The translations under genes were made by a program, and so were the position numbers. From Polyangiales bacterium (lineage in GTDB: Bacteria > Myxococcota_A > Polyangia > Polyangiales > JADJQN01), in NCBI GenBank assembly GCA_964202905.1, contig CAXNJO010000006.1, positions 1 through 64,000 on the forward strand: a stretch of DNA of 64,000 nucleotides, written 5' to 3'. A model generated the notes under the pieces. It saw only the letters and a program-made list of their open reading frames with translations. It ran no database searches and was not told the origin of the DNA. Below, in pieces: positions 17,124 through 29,266 of the stretch. Positions within the stretch are counted from its first letter, which is position 1. Each line of letters opens with the position of its first letter.

Positions 17124-18756
17124 TCAGCGCGCGGTGGTGAAGGTGATGCGGAACGGCTCGGCGAGCGCGTTGCCGCTGAAGTCGTGGAGCCCGCCCGCGG
17201 GCGCCTCGAGCACGTACGTCGTCGCGGGCGCGAGCGGACAGCGCGGCGTGAAGTTCACGATCGTCTCCTGCGCGCTCACGACCCCATCGACGCGCGTCGT
17301 CGCCGGGTCGGTGCCCTCGACGTACACGCGCACCGAGCCCTCCCAGGCGCTCGCGACGTCGACGCTCTCGTTGACGGCGAGGCCGAGGCGCGCGCCGCGG
17401 GGCACATCGGTCGCGCCCGTCACGGGCCAGCTCCACGTCACGCGGGGCGCGTTCGTGTCGGGGTCGTTCTGCCAGGGCGCGATCGCGGAGCCCTGATTCG
17501 GCATCGCCTCGTCGTCGACACTGAGCACCGCGAGGTGACCGATCGGCGTGATCGTGTCGAGGTCGCCCTCGAGGTCGAAGCGCGCGCCGGCCGTGATGTT
17601 GGACAAGATCGGAGATGTCGTAGAAGCGGGCAAAGTCGGATTCTCCGACGAACGCGTAATTCTCGTGCACGAAGACGTAGCCGCCGTTGCCCTCGCCGAT
17701 GAAGGCCCCTGCGTGCTGCGGATTCGTCGGGTCGCGGATGTCGTGGACCATCAGCCCGCCGCCGCCCTGCTTGTTCGCGTAGAAGACGTAGCCGTTCGCG
17801 AAGTTCGTGAAATACGCCTCGCGCGGCATGCCCGTGCCATCGGTCGCGAGGAAGTCGCCGCCCGGGATCGGCTGCGGATCCGTCGGGTCGCTCACGTCGA
17901 GGAGCACGGTGCGCGGGCCCTCCGCCGTGGTCGCGATCAGCAGATCGCCGATGACCTGCACCTGCCCGACGCGCATCGTCGGCTCGATCGCGTAGCGCGT
18001 GAGCAGGAAGGGGTGCCGCGGGTCGGCGGCGTCGATGACGTAGAGGCCGTTGTCGGCGCCGGCTGCATAGACGTAGGGCGGCTGCCAGAAGACGCTCAGC
18101 GTGATGCGCGCGTAGGAGTCGGGGTACACGACGCCGGGCAGCTCGAGGTCGGCGACGGCCTCGGGGTTCGTCGGATCCGAGAGGTCCCAGAACTGCACGC
18201 CCGCGCGGCCTGCGCGCAGCAGCTGGCCGAGCTGGTCGACGACGGCCCAGCGGCCCCCCATCGACGAGAAGCCGATGGCGTGCGTCTCGCGCATCGTCTC
18301 CGACGCGCCGTAGCCGACGCGCACCGGCGCGCACGGCGCCGAGATGTCCCAGAGCGTGAGGCTGCCTTTGCCGTATTCGGGCGCGGCCGGCATGAGCAGG
18401 TAGCCGTCGTACATCGTCACGAGGTTGTGGTGGTCGGTCGTGTCGATCTCGCCGCCGTCGAGGAAGGCGCAGTTCACGTAGAGTTGCTCGTCCGTGAAGC
18501 GCACGTCCGGGACGCCCGGGCCCGCGTTCGGCGGGTACGCGCCGGGCTCCGGGTACGCGCCGCGCGGTGCGGCTGCCGGATCGCAGAGGTTGGTCGGGAC
18601 GGGCGGGCCGAGGTCCGTGCCGAGGTCGCGCATGGGGCCTGCGTCGGGTGCGCCCGCGTCGGGCACCGCGTCGTCGTCACCGCAACCGGAGAGCCAGCCG
18701 GCCAAAGCGCCGGCGACGCAGACGAGCAAGGCGATGGGCGAGACGCGCGACGTCAT
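17124..18756 (-). CDS. LVIVD-repeat lipoprotein with C-terminal Ig-like domain (frameshift near 17610)
   Basis: Lipobox LSGC; repeats FWDLSDPTNP, YVIDAADPRHP, LLDVSDPTDP; second frame has APRVTWSWPVTGATDVP...FTPRCPLAPATTY...DFSGNAL. Confidence 0.75.
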
Positions 18757-18875
18757 GCGCGCAGCCTATCGTCGCGTGCGCGGGCCACACAAGCGCGCGG
18801 CCGTGGCCTCGCTCACGCGGCGCGATGGCGTGCGTGCGTGGCCGCGGCGCGGCGTGCCCGGTACGCTCCGTCGCC

Positions 18876-20057
18876 GTGCGCGCGATCCTCCACGTCGACA
18901 TGGACGCGTTCTACGCGTCGGTCGAGCAGCGCGACGACCCGGCGCTGCGCGGCCGCGCGGTCGTCGTGGGCGGCCCGTCGCGCCGCGGCGTGGTGTGTGC
19001 GGCGTCGTACGAGGCGCGGCCCTTCGGCGTGCGCTCGGCGATGCCGATCGGCGAGGCGCTGCGCCGCGCGCCGCACGCCGTCGTCGTCGCGCCGCGGATG
19101 GCGCGCTACGCGGCGGTGAGCGCGCAGGTCTTCGCGATTTTTCGGCGCTTCACGCCCCTCGTCGAGGGGCTCTCGCTCGACGAGGCCTTCCTCGACGTGA
19201 CGGGCAGCCGCGCGCTCTTCGGCGAGCCCGCCGCGATCGCCGCGCGGATCAAGCACGCGGTGCGCGGAGAGCTCGATCTGCCGTGCTCGGCGGGCGTCGC
19301 AGCGAGCAAGTTCGCCGCGAAGATCGCGAGCGATCTGCAGAAGCCCGACGGGCTCGTCGTGGTGCCCGACGACGTCGCGGCCTTCCTCGCGCCGCTGCCC
19401 GTCGAGCGCATGTGGGGCGTCGGGCCGAAGACGGCCGTGCGCGTGCGGGCGGCGGGCTTCGCGACGATCGGCGACCTCGCGCGCGCCGACCCGGCCGCGC
19501 TCGAGCGGCTCTTCGGCGCGTGGGGGCGCACCGTGCATGCGCTCGCGTCGGGCGTCGACGCGCGCGAGGTGGTGCCCGATCACGACGCGCGTTCGCTGGG
19601 CGCGGAGGAGACGTTCGAACACGATGTGCATGGGCTCGAGGCGCTCGAGGCGCCGCTGCTCGCGCAGGCGGAGCGCGTCGCGGCGCGCCTCGTCGCGGGG
19701 GGCGCGCGGGGGCGCGTCGTCACGCTCAAGCTGCGATACGCGGACTTCTCGACGCGCTCGCGGCAGGTGACGCTCGACGCGCCGGTCGGCGACACCGGCT
19801 CGATTTACCGCGCGGCGCGCGCGCAACTCGCGCGCATGCCCGCCCTGCGCCGCGGCGTGCGGCTCGTCGGCGTGTCGGTGAGCGGGCTCGAATCCGCGGA
19901 GGACGCGGTGCCGCAGCTCTTCCCGGATGAGCGCGCCGCGCGCGGCCTGCAGCTCGAGGACGCCGCCGCGAAGCTCCGTGCGCGCTTCGGCGAGCGCATG
20001 CTCACGCGCGCCGCGCTGCTCGATGCGCCGGGCAGCGGGCCCCGCAAACCGCGCTAG
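18876..20057 (+). CDS. dinB: DNA polymerase IV
   Basis: ILHVDMDAFYASVEQRD, ASYEARPFGVRSAM, LSLDEAFLD, AKIASDLQKPDG. Confidence 0.97.
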   Translation: MRAILHVDMDAFYASVEQRDDPALRGRAVVVGGPSRRGVVCAASYEARPFGVRSAMPIGEALRRAPHAVVVAPRMARYAAVSAQVFAIFRRFTPLVEGLSLDEAFLDVTGSRALFGEPAAIAARIKHAVRGELDLPCSAGVAASKFAAKIASDLQKPDGLVVVPDDVAAFLAPLPVERMWGVGPKTAVRVRAAGFATIGDLARADPAALERLFGAWGRTVHALASGVDAREVVPDHDARSLGAEETFEHDVHGLEALEAPLLAQAERVAARLVAGGARGRVVTLKLRYADFSTRSRQVTLDAPVGDTGSIYRAARAQLARMPALRRGVRLVGVSVSGLESAEDAVPQLFPDERAARGLQLEDAAAKLRARFGERMLTRAALLDAPGSGPRKPR

Positions 20058-20590
20058 GCCAATGTTTCGGGGGCGTCGGGCGCGCAGGCGCTCGTCGCTG
20101 CGGGAGCCGCCGCGCTGCCTTCGTCGATGCGTGACTCCGTCGCCGCCGCGAGGCGCTGACCGACGATCATCGCCGCGACGAAGGCGCCCGCGGCCGCGAG
20201 CGTCGCCGGGTCGAAGAGCCCCGCGCCGAGCGAGACGAGCGCCGGGCCCGGGCAGTAGCCGCCGAGGCCCCAGCCGAGGCCGAAGATCGCCGCGCCACCG
20301 AGCAGCCGCGCGTCGATCGCGGCCTCCGGGGGCACCGCGAGAAGACCGCCGAGCAGGGCCTCGCCGCGGCGCTTCGCGAGCCGCCACACGGGGAGGAAGA
20401 CGCCGATGGCGCCGCCCATCACGAGCGCGAGGCGGCCGTCCCAGCGGCCGTCCGCGAGCCCGCTGACGTCGAGGAAGGCGAGCACGTTGCGCGGCAGCGT
20501 CATGCCCCCCGCGAGCAGGCCCGCGCCGAAGACGAGGCCCGCGACGAAGCCGAGCACCGTGCGCGAGCGGGCGGCGACGGCGGCGCTCAC
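20054..20590 (-). CDS. YeeE/YedE family membrane protein (DUF6691 type)
   Basis: GLVFGAGLLAGGMTLPRNVLAFLDV...FGLGWGLGGYCPGPA. Confidence 0.9.
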   Translation of the reverse strand: MSAAVAARSRTVLGFVAGLVFGAGLLAGGMTLPRNVLAFLDVSGLADGRWDGRLALVMGGAIGVFLPVWRLAKRRGEALLGGLLAVPPEAAIDARLLGGAAIFGLGWGLGGYCPGPALVSLGAGLFDPATLAAAGAFVAAMIVGQRLAAATESRIDEGSAAAPAATSACAPDAPETLA

Positions 20591-21012
20591 GACGCGGCTC
20601 CGAGCAGCTTCGACGCGACGACGGCCGCGAGCGCGCCCGTGCCCATGAAGGTGAGCGTCGCGGCGAGCGAGCGCGTCGACAGGCGACCGAGCCCGCACAC
20701 GCCGTGCCCGCTCGTGCAACCGCCGCCGAGGCGCGTGCCGACGCCGACGAGGAGCCCCGCGACGACCACGAGGCCGAGCGGGCGCGGGCTCGCCGCGGCG
20801 CTGCCCGGTGCGACGAGCGCGGCGACCAGCCCTGCGATGACGAGCCCCGCGACGAACGCCACGCGCCAACCGCGCTCGCGCGCGCCCGCGATTGCCCCGG
20901 CGAGGATCCCGCTGATGCCCGCCACCCGCCCGCCCCCGACGAGCAGCGCCCCGGCCGCTCCGCCGAGGAGCATCCCGCCGACGAGCGGCGCCACGAAGCT
21001 GCCGATCTCCAT
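20587..21012 (-). CDS. YeeE/YedE family sulfur-transport membrane protein
   Basis: GRVAGISGI, AGLLVGVGTRLGGGCTSGHGVCG. Confidence 0.92.
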   Translation of the reverse strand: MEIGSFVAPLVGGMLLGGAAGALLVGGGRVAGISGILAGAIAGARERGWRVAFVAGLVIAGLVAALVAPGSAAASPRPLGLVVVAGLLVGVGTRLGGGCTSGHGVCGLGRLSTRSLAATLTFMGTGALAAVVASKLLGAAS

Positions 21013-21019
21013 GGGCCGG

Positions 21020-21049
21020 ACTCTAATGTCACGTTTCCCGAGTGGTCAA
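21020..21049 (-). promoter_or_regulatory. sigma-70-like promoter of the yeeE pair
   Basis: TTGACC-N18-TAGAGT, with the ATG 7 nt downstream. Confidence 0.6.
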
Positions 21050-21141
21050 GTGTAGAACCTGGGCGACCGGGCCGTCGGACGCCCCTCGCCGCGCGCGCAA
21101 CGGACATTGTCGGGGCATCCACGCGCCCTCCGCGTTCGTCG

Positions 21142-22876
<1,735 letters not shown>

Positions 22877-22978
22877 CGCCGCACGGCGCTGACACGTTTG
22901 TCGCGGTGTCGACGCGCGCCCGGCGCGCGTTCGCCGCGATTCGCGCGCACTTCGGCCTGTTGGCGGGGTGAATCGCGC

Positions 22979-22994
22979 GGGCACGCGTCGTGCA
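22979..22994 (+). promoter_or_regulatory. Possible sigma-54 promoter
   Basis: GGGCACGCGTCGTGCA (GG-N10-GC) upstream of the Cys-rich lipoprotein genes; imperfect match. Confidence 0.4.
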
Positions 22995-23137
22995 GACTCG
23001 CCTCGCGCGGACAGCGTCGTGTGGCGGCCGCCGCCGCGTGTGTTCGGGGCGCGGAATCTCGCCACCGGCAGGGCGCTCTGACATACTCGGCCCTCGCGCG
23101 TGCGGCGAACGATGCCGCGCCCCCCGGAGAAACAACG

Positions 23138-23971
23138 ATGAATCAGCTTCGCGTGATCCTGATGGCCGCCGTGTGCGGTCTGGTGCTTTCCGCTTGTGGC
23201 GACGACGACGACCGGATGCGCGGCGGGACGGATCTCGGAATGGCCCGCGACATGAACGTCGCGCCGGTCGATCTCGGCGCCGAGGTCGATGGGGGCGGCG
23301 CCGTGGACATGGGCGGCGGGGGCGGCCCCGACATGGGCGGCGGGACGAGCATGTGCCCGGCGGGCGCGTGCGATCTCCTCGCCAACGGCTGCCCGGCCGG
23401 CGAGGGCTGCTACTTCCTCTCGATGGGTGCCGGGATGTCCCCGATGCCCCTCTGCGACATGAGCGGCATCGGCACGCTCGGCGCGACGTGCATGTCCTAC
23501 CGCGACTGCGCGTCGGGCTACACGTGTCAGGGCGCGAGCGGCTCGACGCCGGGCGCCTGCCAGAAGTACTGCTGCGACCTCGGGTCCTCGGTGGGCTGCC
23601 CCGCGGGCGCCTCGTGCAGCATCGTGCTCACGGACCCGACGACGATGATGCCGACGGGCGCTGCGCTCTGCCGCACGGCCGCGAACTGCAACATCTTCGG
23701 CGGCGACTGCACGGGCGGCGCGGCCTGCTACCTCGCCGGCGACGACGGCACGACGGACTGCGCAATGGCGGGCACGGGCACGACGGGCGCGACGTGCATG
23801 TACACGAACGACTGCGCGGCGGGCTTCAGCTGCCTCGGCGGCGCGAGCGGCTCCACGTGCCGCAAGCTCTGCGACAGCGTGGACATGGACCCGGGCTGCG
23901 CCGCGGGCGAGACCTGCAGCACGCTCAGCCTCCCGGCGCCGCTGACGAACGTGGGCGCCTGCGCGAGCTGA
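23138..23971 (+). CDS. Cys-rich lipoprotein
   Basis: GGAGA RBS; lipobox LSAC; D-M/L-G linker; duplicated C...GATCMxxxDCAxGxxC module. Confidence 0.85.
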   Translation: MNQLRVILMAAVCGLVLSACGDDDDRMRGGTDLGMARDMNVAPVDLGAEVDGGGAVDMGGGGGPDMGGGTSMCPAGACDLLANGCPAGEGCYFLSMGAGMSPMPLCDMSGIGTLGATCMSYRDCASGYTCQGASGSTPGACQKYCCDLGSSVGCPAGASCSIVLTDPTTMMPTGAALCRTAANCNIFGGDCTGGAACYLAGDDGTTDCAMAGTGTTGATCMYTNDCAAGFSCLGGASGSTCRKLCDSVDMDPGCAAGETCSTLSLPAPLTNVGACAS

Positions 23972-24024
23972 AGTCGTCGCGATGGGAGCGGGCGCCTGCG
24001 CGCCCCGCTCACCCGTGAGGCGCC

Positions 24025-24878
24025 GTGAAGTCCTTCGTGTCGGAGCGGCGTGCGCCGCGCCCCCGGTCCCGGGCCATCGCCGCGGCGTGCGCGTTCGCGG
24101 CGTGGGCAGCCATGGGGTGGGCCGCCCTCGGGGGCTGCGGCGCCACGGAGCCGCGTGTCGCCGAGGGAGACGGCGGCGCGCCGGATGCGTCGCCCGACGC
24201 GGGCGTGCAGTTCTTCGACGCGGCGCTCGACACGTCGACCGCGTCGGTCGATGCGGGGGCGGCTGGCGGCGACGCGGGGGCCCGCGCTGCGAGGCCACGC
24301 CGTGCGACCCGCGCCTGCCGCGGCCGTGCGGCGCGGACGCGACGGGGGCATGCCGGCTCGGGGCCGAGGGGCCGCGCTGCGAAGGGCCGGTCGGCGCCGC
24401 GGGCCCGGGCGATGCGTGCGCGGCAGCCGCGGCCTGTGGCTTGGGCCTCGAATGTTTCGCGGAGCCCGACGGCGGACGCTGCGCGCGGCCTTGCTGCGCG
24501 GGGGACCCGATGGGCTGTGCGGTCGGTGAGCGTTGCGCGGGCGGCGATCCGCTCGTCGATGGGACGGCCACCGCATGGGGGCGCTGCGTCGCCGTGCGCG
24601 CATGCGACGTGCTCGCGCCGGAGGGCGTCTGTGCGCCTGGCGAGGGCTGCTACATCGTGTCGCCGGGCGGCGAGACCGACTGTCGGCCCGCGGGTGGCGT
24701 GCCGGTCGGCGCCGCGTGCGAGGGGGAAGCGGACTGCGTCCCGGGCGCGTTCTGCGCCGGGCTGATGGCGCGCGCCTGCGTGCGGATCTGCGCGGTCGGT
24801 GCGGGCGCGTGTCCGTCGGGCGAGGGGATGTGTCGCGCGTACCCGTACTCGCCGCCGGGGACGGGGATCTGCAGCTGA
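24025..24878 (+). CDS. Cys-rich lipoprotein similar to the upstream gene (frameshift near 24280)
   Basis: LGGC lipobox and DAG linker in frame 24025; Cys modules (CAPGEGCY, GAACEGEADCVPGAFC) in the frame ending 24878. Confidence 0.7.
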
Positions 24879-24924
24879 GGTGGGCCGCGCGGCGGCGGGC
24901 GCGGGCGTGGTAGAACGGCCCGCG

Positions 24925-25209
24925 ATGTCCGTGCATGCGGCGGCCTGCCGGAACCACCCTGAGCGCGAGGCGCTCGGCGTCTGCGTGGCGTGCCGGACCC
25001 GCGTCTGCGCGGAGTGCGTCACGAAGGTGGACGGCATCAACCATTGCGTGACGTGCCTCGCGGCGCGCGCGGCGGTCCCGGTCGAAGCGCGCGAGCGGCC
25101 CCCGACGCCAGGGGCGCGGGCGTGGATCGCCGCGGGCGCCCTCTTCGTGCTCGTCACGCTGCTCGCGTGGGGCCTCGTCGAGGCGGCGCTCCCGGGCTCC
25201 GGCGGATGA
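24925..25209 (+). CDS. B-box-like zinc finger membrane protein
   Basis: CRNHPEREALGVCVACRTRVCAEC...HCVTC followed by one TM helix. Confidence 0.8.
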   Translation: MSVHAAACRNHPEREALGVCVACRTRVCAECVTKVDGINHCVTCLAARAAVPVEARERPPTPGARAWIAAGALFVLVTLLAWGLVEAALPGSGG

Positions 25210-25222
25210 GCGGGTGGGGCCC

Positions 25223-26962
25223 GTGAGCGCGCGCGCGCTGCGTCCGGTGGGGCCGCTCGAGCACCTCGATCGGGCGCTGCTCGTCGTGCGTCGCGGCGGC
25301 GTCGTGCGGGCTGCGCGGGCCTGGCTCGCGGGCGCGCTGCCGGCCGCCGTGATCGTGGGCGTCTACTACGTCGAGCGCGTCGAGGGCGTGCGCGGGCTGC
25401 GCTTGCCGCTCGCGCTCGCGCTGGTCGCCGCGTGGTGCGCGCGCGCGGTGCTGCTCGCGCCGGTCGCCCGGGAAGGCGCGCTCGCGCTGTGGGACGGGCT
25501 GCGCCCGCCGCCGGGCGCGGGGCGCGCCGTGGACGTCGTGCGTACGGCGCTCGTCGTGGGCCTCGGGCTCTGGGTCTGGGCGTGGCTGCTCGTCGCGGGC
25601 TCGCTCGCGGGCGCGGTGGGCATCGCGCTCGTGCTGCCCGTGTTCGCGCTGCGCGGTGCGGTCGCGCCGGCGTGGCTCGCGCGGGCCGCGTGCACGAACG
25701 ACGCGGGGCTGCGCGGCTTCGGGCGCGCGGCCCTCGACCATGCGGGCGCCCGTGTCGCGGGCGTCGCGATCGAGGCGATGCTGATCGGCGCCGCGCTCGG
25801 GCTCGCAGTGAACCTGTATGGCTTGCTGGCGCTCGCGGCGGTGCTCGGGCGCTCGCTGTTCGGGCTCGAGGTCGCGCTGGTGCAGGCGTTCCTCTCGCCG
25901 CAGAACGACTTCGTGCTGCTCGTCGTGGGGCTCGCGGCGTTCGTGCTGCTCGAGCCGCTCCGCGCGGCGAGCGCCGCGGCGGGCTACCTCGACGCCCGCG
26001 TGCGCGAGGAGGGGCTCGACCTGCGCGCGCTCGTGGACGACGCGCTCACCGTCGGCGTGCGGACGGCGGCGCGCGCGGCGCTCGGGCTCGTCGCGGTGGG
26101 GGCGCTCGCGCTCGCGACGTCGCAGGCCGCCGCCCAGCCCCGGCCGGTGCCGGGCGCGGATGGGGGCCCGTCCGTCTCCGACGACGAGGGCACGCGGTGG
26201 CTCGACGCGATCAAGCCGCGCCCGGCAGCGGCGCCGCGCGTCGCCGCGTCGGGGCGCGGCGTGGGCGAAGCGATTGGTGCGCGCCGAGATGCCGTCGAAG
26301 GTCATGAAAGTATTGATGATTCTGCGGATTCGGCGGTGCGTGCGCGCGTCGACGCGGTGCTCGCGCGCCCGGAGTTCCGCGAGTTCGCGGAGGCGCGGGG
26401 GGCCGGGATCACCGAGCTGCTCACGCGGATCCTCGAGTGGCTGCTGCGTCCGCGCGACCTCGGCTGGCTGCCCGAGCCGCCCGCGCTCGCGCTGCCGATG
26501 CCGGGCGGCTGGTTCTTCCTTCTGCTGGCGGCGCTGCTCGTCGTCGCGGTGCTCGCGTACCTCGTGTCGGCGCATCGGCCCCGCGCGGCCGCGTCGCCCG
26601 CTGGGGCCTCGGCGGCGGTGTCGCTCGCCGACGTGCGCGAGCGTCCTCCGGCCGAGCTGCTCGACGAGGCGGGGCTGCTCGCGGCGCGCGGTGCGCTGCG
26701 GGAGGCGCTGCGCGCGCTCTACCTTGCGACGCTCGTCGCGCTCGACCGGCGGCGGCTGATCGCCTTCGACCCGCACCGCACCAACTGGCAGTACCTGCGC
26801 GCGATGCCGCGCGGCGAGGCGCGCCGGCTCTTCGCGGAGTTCACGCGGATCTTCGATCACAAGTGGTACGGCGCGGAGCCGACGGCGCTCGCCGACTACG
26901 AGGCGTGTCGCGCGCTCGCCGCGGCCATCGTCGCGCAGGGCGCGGGGGAGGGGCGCCCGTGA
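25223..26962 (+). CDS. Multi-TM protein with C-terminal DUF4129-like domain
   Basis: YLDARVREEGLDL membrane-domain motif; EALRALYLATL...RTNWQYL...FDHKWYG. Confidence 0.8.
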   Translation: MSARALRPVGPLEHLDRALLVVRRGGVVRAARAWLAGALPAAVIVGVYYVERVEGVRGLRLPLALALVAAWCARAVLLAPVAREGALALWDGLRPPPGAGRAVDVVRTALVVGLGLWVWAWLLVAGSLAGAVGIALVLPVFALRGAVAPAWLARAACTNDAGLRGFGRAALDHAGARVAGVAIEAMLIGAALGLAVNLYGLLALAAVLGRSLFGLEVALVQAFLSPQNDFVLLVVGLAAFVLLEPLRAASAAAGYLDARVREEGLDLRALVDDALTVGVRTAARAALGLVAVGALALATSQAAAQPRPVPGADGGPSVSDDEGTRWLDAIKPRPAAAPRVAASGRGVGEAIGARRDAVEGHESIDDSADSAVRARVDAVLARPEFREFAEARGAGITELLTRILEWLLRPRDLGWLPEPPALALPMPGGWFFLLLAALLVVAVLAYLVSAHRPRAAASPAGASAAVSLADVRERPPAELLDEAGLLAARGALREALRALYLATLVALDRRRLIAFDPHRTNWQYLRAMPRGEARRLFAEFTRIFDHKWYGAEPTALADYEACRALAAAIVAQGAGEGRP

Positions 26963-28278
26963 GACACGCGCGCCGTGCGCTGGTCGCGCTGCTCTGGCTC
27001 GTCGCGCTCGGGGCTTCGGGGCTCGTCTGCGAGCGCGTCGCGGCGCGCGGGCGCTACGCGGTCGCGTACTCGACGCACGGTGCGGGGCCGGGCGGCGCGC
27101 GCGGGCTCTTTCTGCTCGGCGCGGCGCTCGGCCGGCGCCCGGTGCGCTGGGCGGAGGACTTCGGTCGGCTGCCGGAGCGCGCGGTGCTCGTCGCGCTCGG
27201 TGGCTGCGAGCTGCTCGCGGCCCGTCCCGTCTCGCGCGCGGAGCAAGCGTGGCTGCGCGGCTGGGTCGAGCGCGGCGGCGTGCTCGTCGTCGCGGGCGCG
27301 CACGACTACCTGCCGGCGACGCTGGGCGTCACGCTGGAGCGCGACGAAGGGGCGTGTTTCCCGCGCGCTGGGCTGCTGGGGGCCATCGCGCGCGCGGGCC
27401 GCGACGGCGGCGTGTCGGAGGGTCCGCCCGACGAGGCGACGCCCTCGCCGATCGATCTCGCGCGCGACCCGGCGGCGGCGATCGCGGCGGCGGTCGAGGC
27501 GGACCCATTGCCCCCCGCGCGCTGGGCGAGCGGCGTCGGCGGTCCGCTCGGCGGGCTCGCGCGCGTGCCCCTGCGCGATCCGGCGCGCGTCGTGCTGCAC
27601 GACCCGCTGCACACCGAGGTCCTGCTGCGCCTCGAGGACGACACCGTCGTCGGCGCGATCGTGCGCAAGGGGCGCGGGGCGGTCGTCGCGCTCGCGTCGG
27701 CGAGCCCGCTGCTCAACCGCGAGCTGCGCCTCGGCGAGGGCGGCGTGCTCTTCGCGCGCGTGCTCCGCGACGTGCCCGCGTCGGCGCTGCTCGTCTTCGA
27801 CGAGTACCACCTCGGCGTCGGCGAGCGCCGCTCGGTCGTGCGGTACCTCGGCGATCTCGGCGGCGGCCCGCTGCTCGTGCAGGCCCTGCTCGTCGTGCTC
27901 TTCGCGCTGTGGCGCTTCGGCGCGCGCTTCGGCGGCACGCAGCGCCCCGCGCCGCTGCCGCCTGCCGGCACCGCCTCGTACGTGGCCGGGATCGCGTCCC
28001 TCTACGCGCGCGCGGGCGATGACGGGGCCGTCGCCGGCATCCTCGCGCGGCGTGCCCTCGCGCGGGTCGCGGCCCACCATCGGCTGCCGCCCGCGGAGGC
28101 CGGTGCGCTCGCCGCGGCGCTCACACGGCGCGGACGTGGGGCCGAGGCGGACGCTGTGCGCCGCCTCGCGGAGCTCGCGGTGGCGCCGCCCGCGGGGGGC
28201 GCGGCGCTCGTCGCGCGTGCGCGGGCGATCGACGCGGCGTGCGACGCCGCCATGGGGCCCCCCGAGGGGCCGGGCTGA
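26959..28278 (+). CDS. DUF4350-like domain protein
   Basis: YSTHGAGPGGARGL, WVERGGVLVV, VFDEYHLG, RFGARFG; GTGA overlap with the previous gene. Confidence 0.8.
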   Translation: MRHARRALVALLWLVALGASGLVCERVAARGRYAVAYSTHGAGPGGARGLFLLGAALGRRPVRWAEDFGRLPERAVLVALGGCELLAARPVSRAEQAWLRGWVERGGVLVVAGAHDYLPATLGVTLERDEGACFPRAGLLGAIARAGRDGGVSEGPPDEATPSPIDLARDPAAAIAAAVEADPLPPARWASGVGGPLGGLARVPLRDPARVVLHDPLHTEVLLRLEDDTVVGAIVRKGRGAVVALASASPLLNRELRLGEGGVLFARVLRDVPASALLVFDEYHLGVGERRSVVRYLGDLGGGPLLVQALLVVLFALWRFGARFGGTQRPAPLPPAGTASYVAGIASLYARAGDDGAVAGILARRALARVAAHHRLPPAEAGALAAALTRRGRGAEADAVRRLAELAVAPPAGGAALVARARAIDAACDAAMGPPEGPG

Positions 28279-28306
28279 GCGCTGGGGCAATCCGTCAGGA
28301 GGCTGG

Positions 28307-29266
28307 ATGAACGACGTGCAAGAGCTCCGCGCGCTGCGCGGTGAGGTGCTGGCCGAGGTCCGGAAGGTCGTCGTGGGGCAGGACGAGGCCCTCGACGGGC
28401 TGCTCATCGCGCTGCTCGCGCAGGGGCACGCGCTGCTCGAGGGCGTGCCCGGCACCGCGAAGACACTCATGGTCCGCGCGCTCGCCGGCACGCTCGGGCT
28501 CGGCTTCGGGCGCGTGCAGTTCACGCCGGATCTCATGCCGAGCGACATCGTCGGGACGAACGTCTTCGACCTCCGGACCGCGCAGTTCCGGCTCACGCGC
28601 GGCCCGATCTTCACGGAGCTCCTGCTCGCCGACGAGATCAACCGCGCCCCCGCGAAGACGCAGAGCGCGCTGCTCGAGGCGATGCAGGAGCGGCAGGTCT
28701 CCATCGACGGTGAGCGCCACGCGCTCTCGCAGCATTTCACGGTGTTCGCGACGCAGAATCCGGTCGAGCAGGAGGGTACGTATCCGCTCCCCGAGGCGCA
28801 GCTCGACCGCTTCCTGCTGAAGATCGTCGTCGGCTATCCGGACGCCGACGAGGAGGACCGCATCCTGCAGCAGGTGGGCGCGGGCGTGGGCTCGCTGCGC
28901 CTCGAGGAGGCCGGGCTGCGCGCGGTCGCGACGGGCGAGCAGCTCGCCGCGGCGCGCCTGCTCGCGGCGCAGGTGCGCGTCGACGACGCGGTGCGCCGCT
29001 ACGTCCGCGACCTCGTCCGCGCGACACGGGCGACCTCGATGGTGCTGCTCGGCGCGGGGCCGCGTGCGGGCATCCACCTGATGGTCGCTGCGCGCTGGGT
29101 CGCGGCGCTCGAGGGGCGCATGTTCGTCACGCCGGACGACGTGCAGCGCATGCTGCATCCGGTCGTCTGCCACCGTCTCGTGCTCGCGCCCGAGGTCGAG
29201 CTCGACGGGCTCTCGGCGTCCGAGGCGATCGACCGCATCGCCGCGACGGTCGCGGTCCCGCGATGA
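28307..29266 (+). CDS. moxR: MoxR-family AAA+ ATPase
   Basis: LEGVPGTAKT, QFTPDLMPSD, LADEINRAPAKTQSALLEAMQE, GTYPLPEAQLDRF. Confidence 0.95.
   Translation: MNDVQELRALRGEVLAEVRKVVVGQDEALDGLLIALLAQGHALLEGVPGTAKTLMVRALAGTLGLGFGRVQFTPDLMPSDIVGTNVFDLRTAQFRLTRGPIFTELLLADEINRAPAKTQSALLEAMQERQVSIDGERHALSQHFTVFATQNPVEQEGTYPLPEAQLDRFLLKIVVGYPDADEEDRILQQVGAGVGSLRLEEAGLRAVATGEQLAAARLLAAQVRVDDAVRRYVRDLVRATRATSMVLLGAGPRAGIHLMVAARWVAALEGRMFVTPDDVQRMLHPVVCHRLVLAPEVELDGLSASEAIDRIAATVAVPR

Noticed and set aside
18757..18875. LexA box upstream of dinB
   Set aside because: No convincing match to a LexA motif that I can recognise
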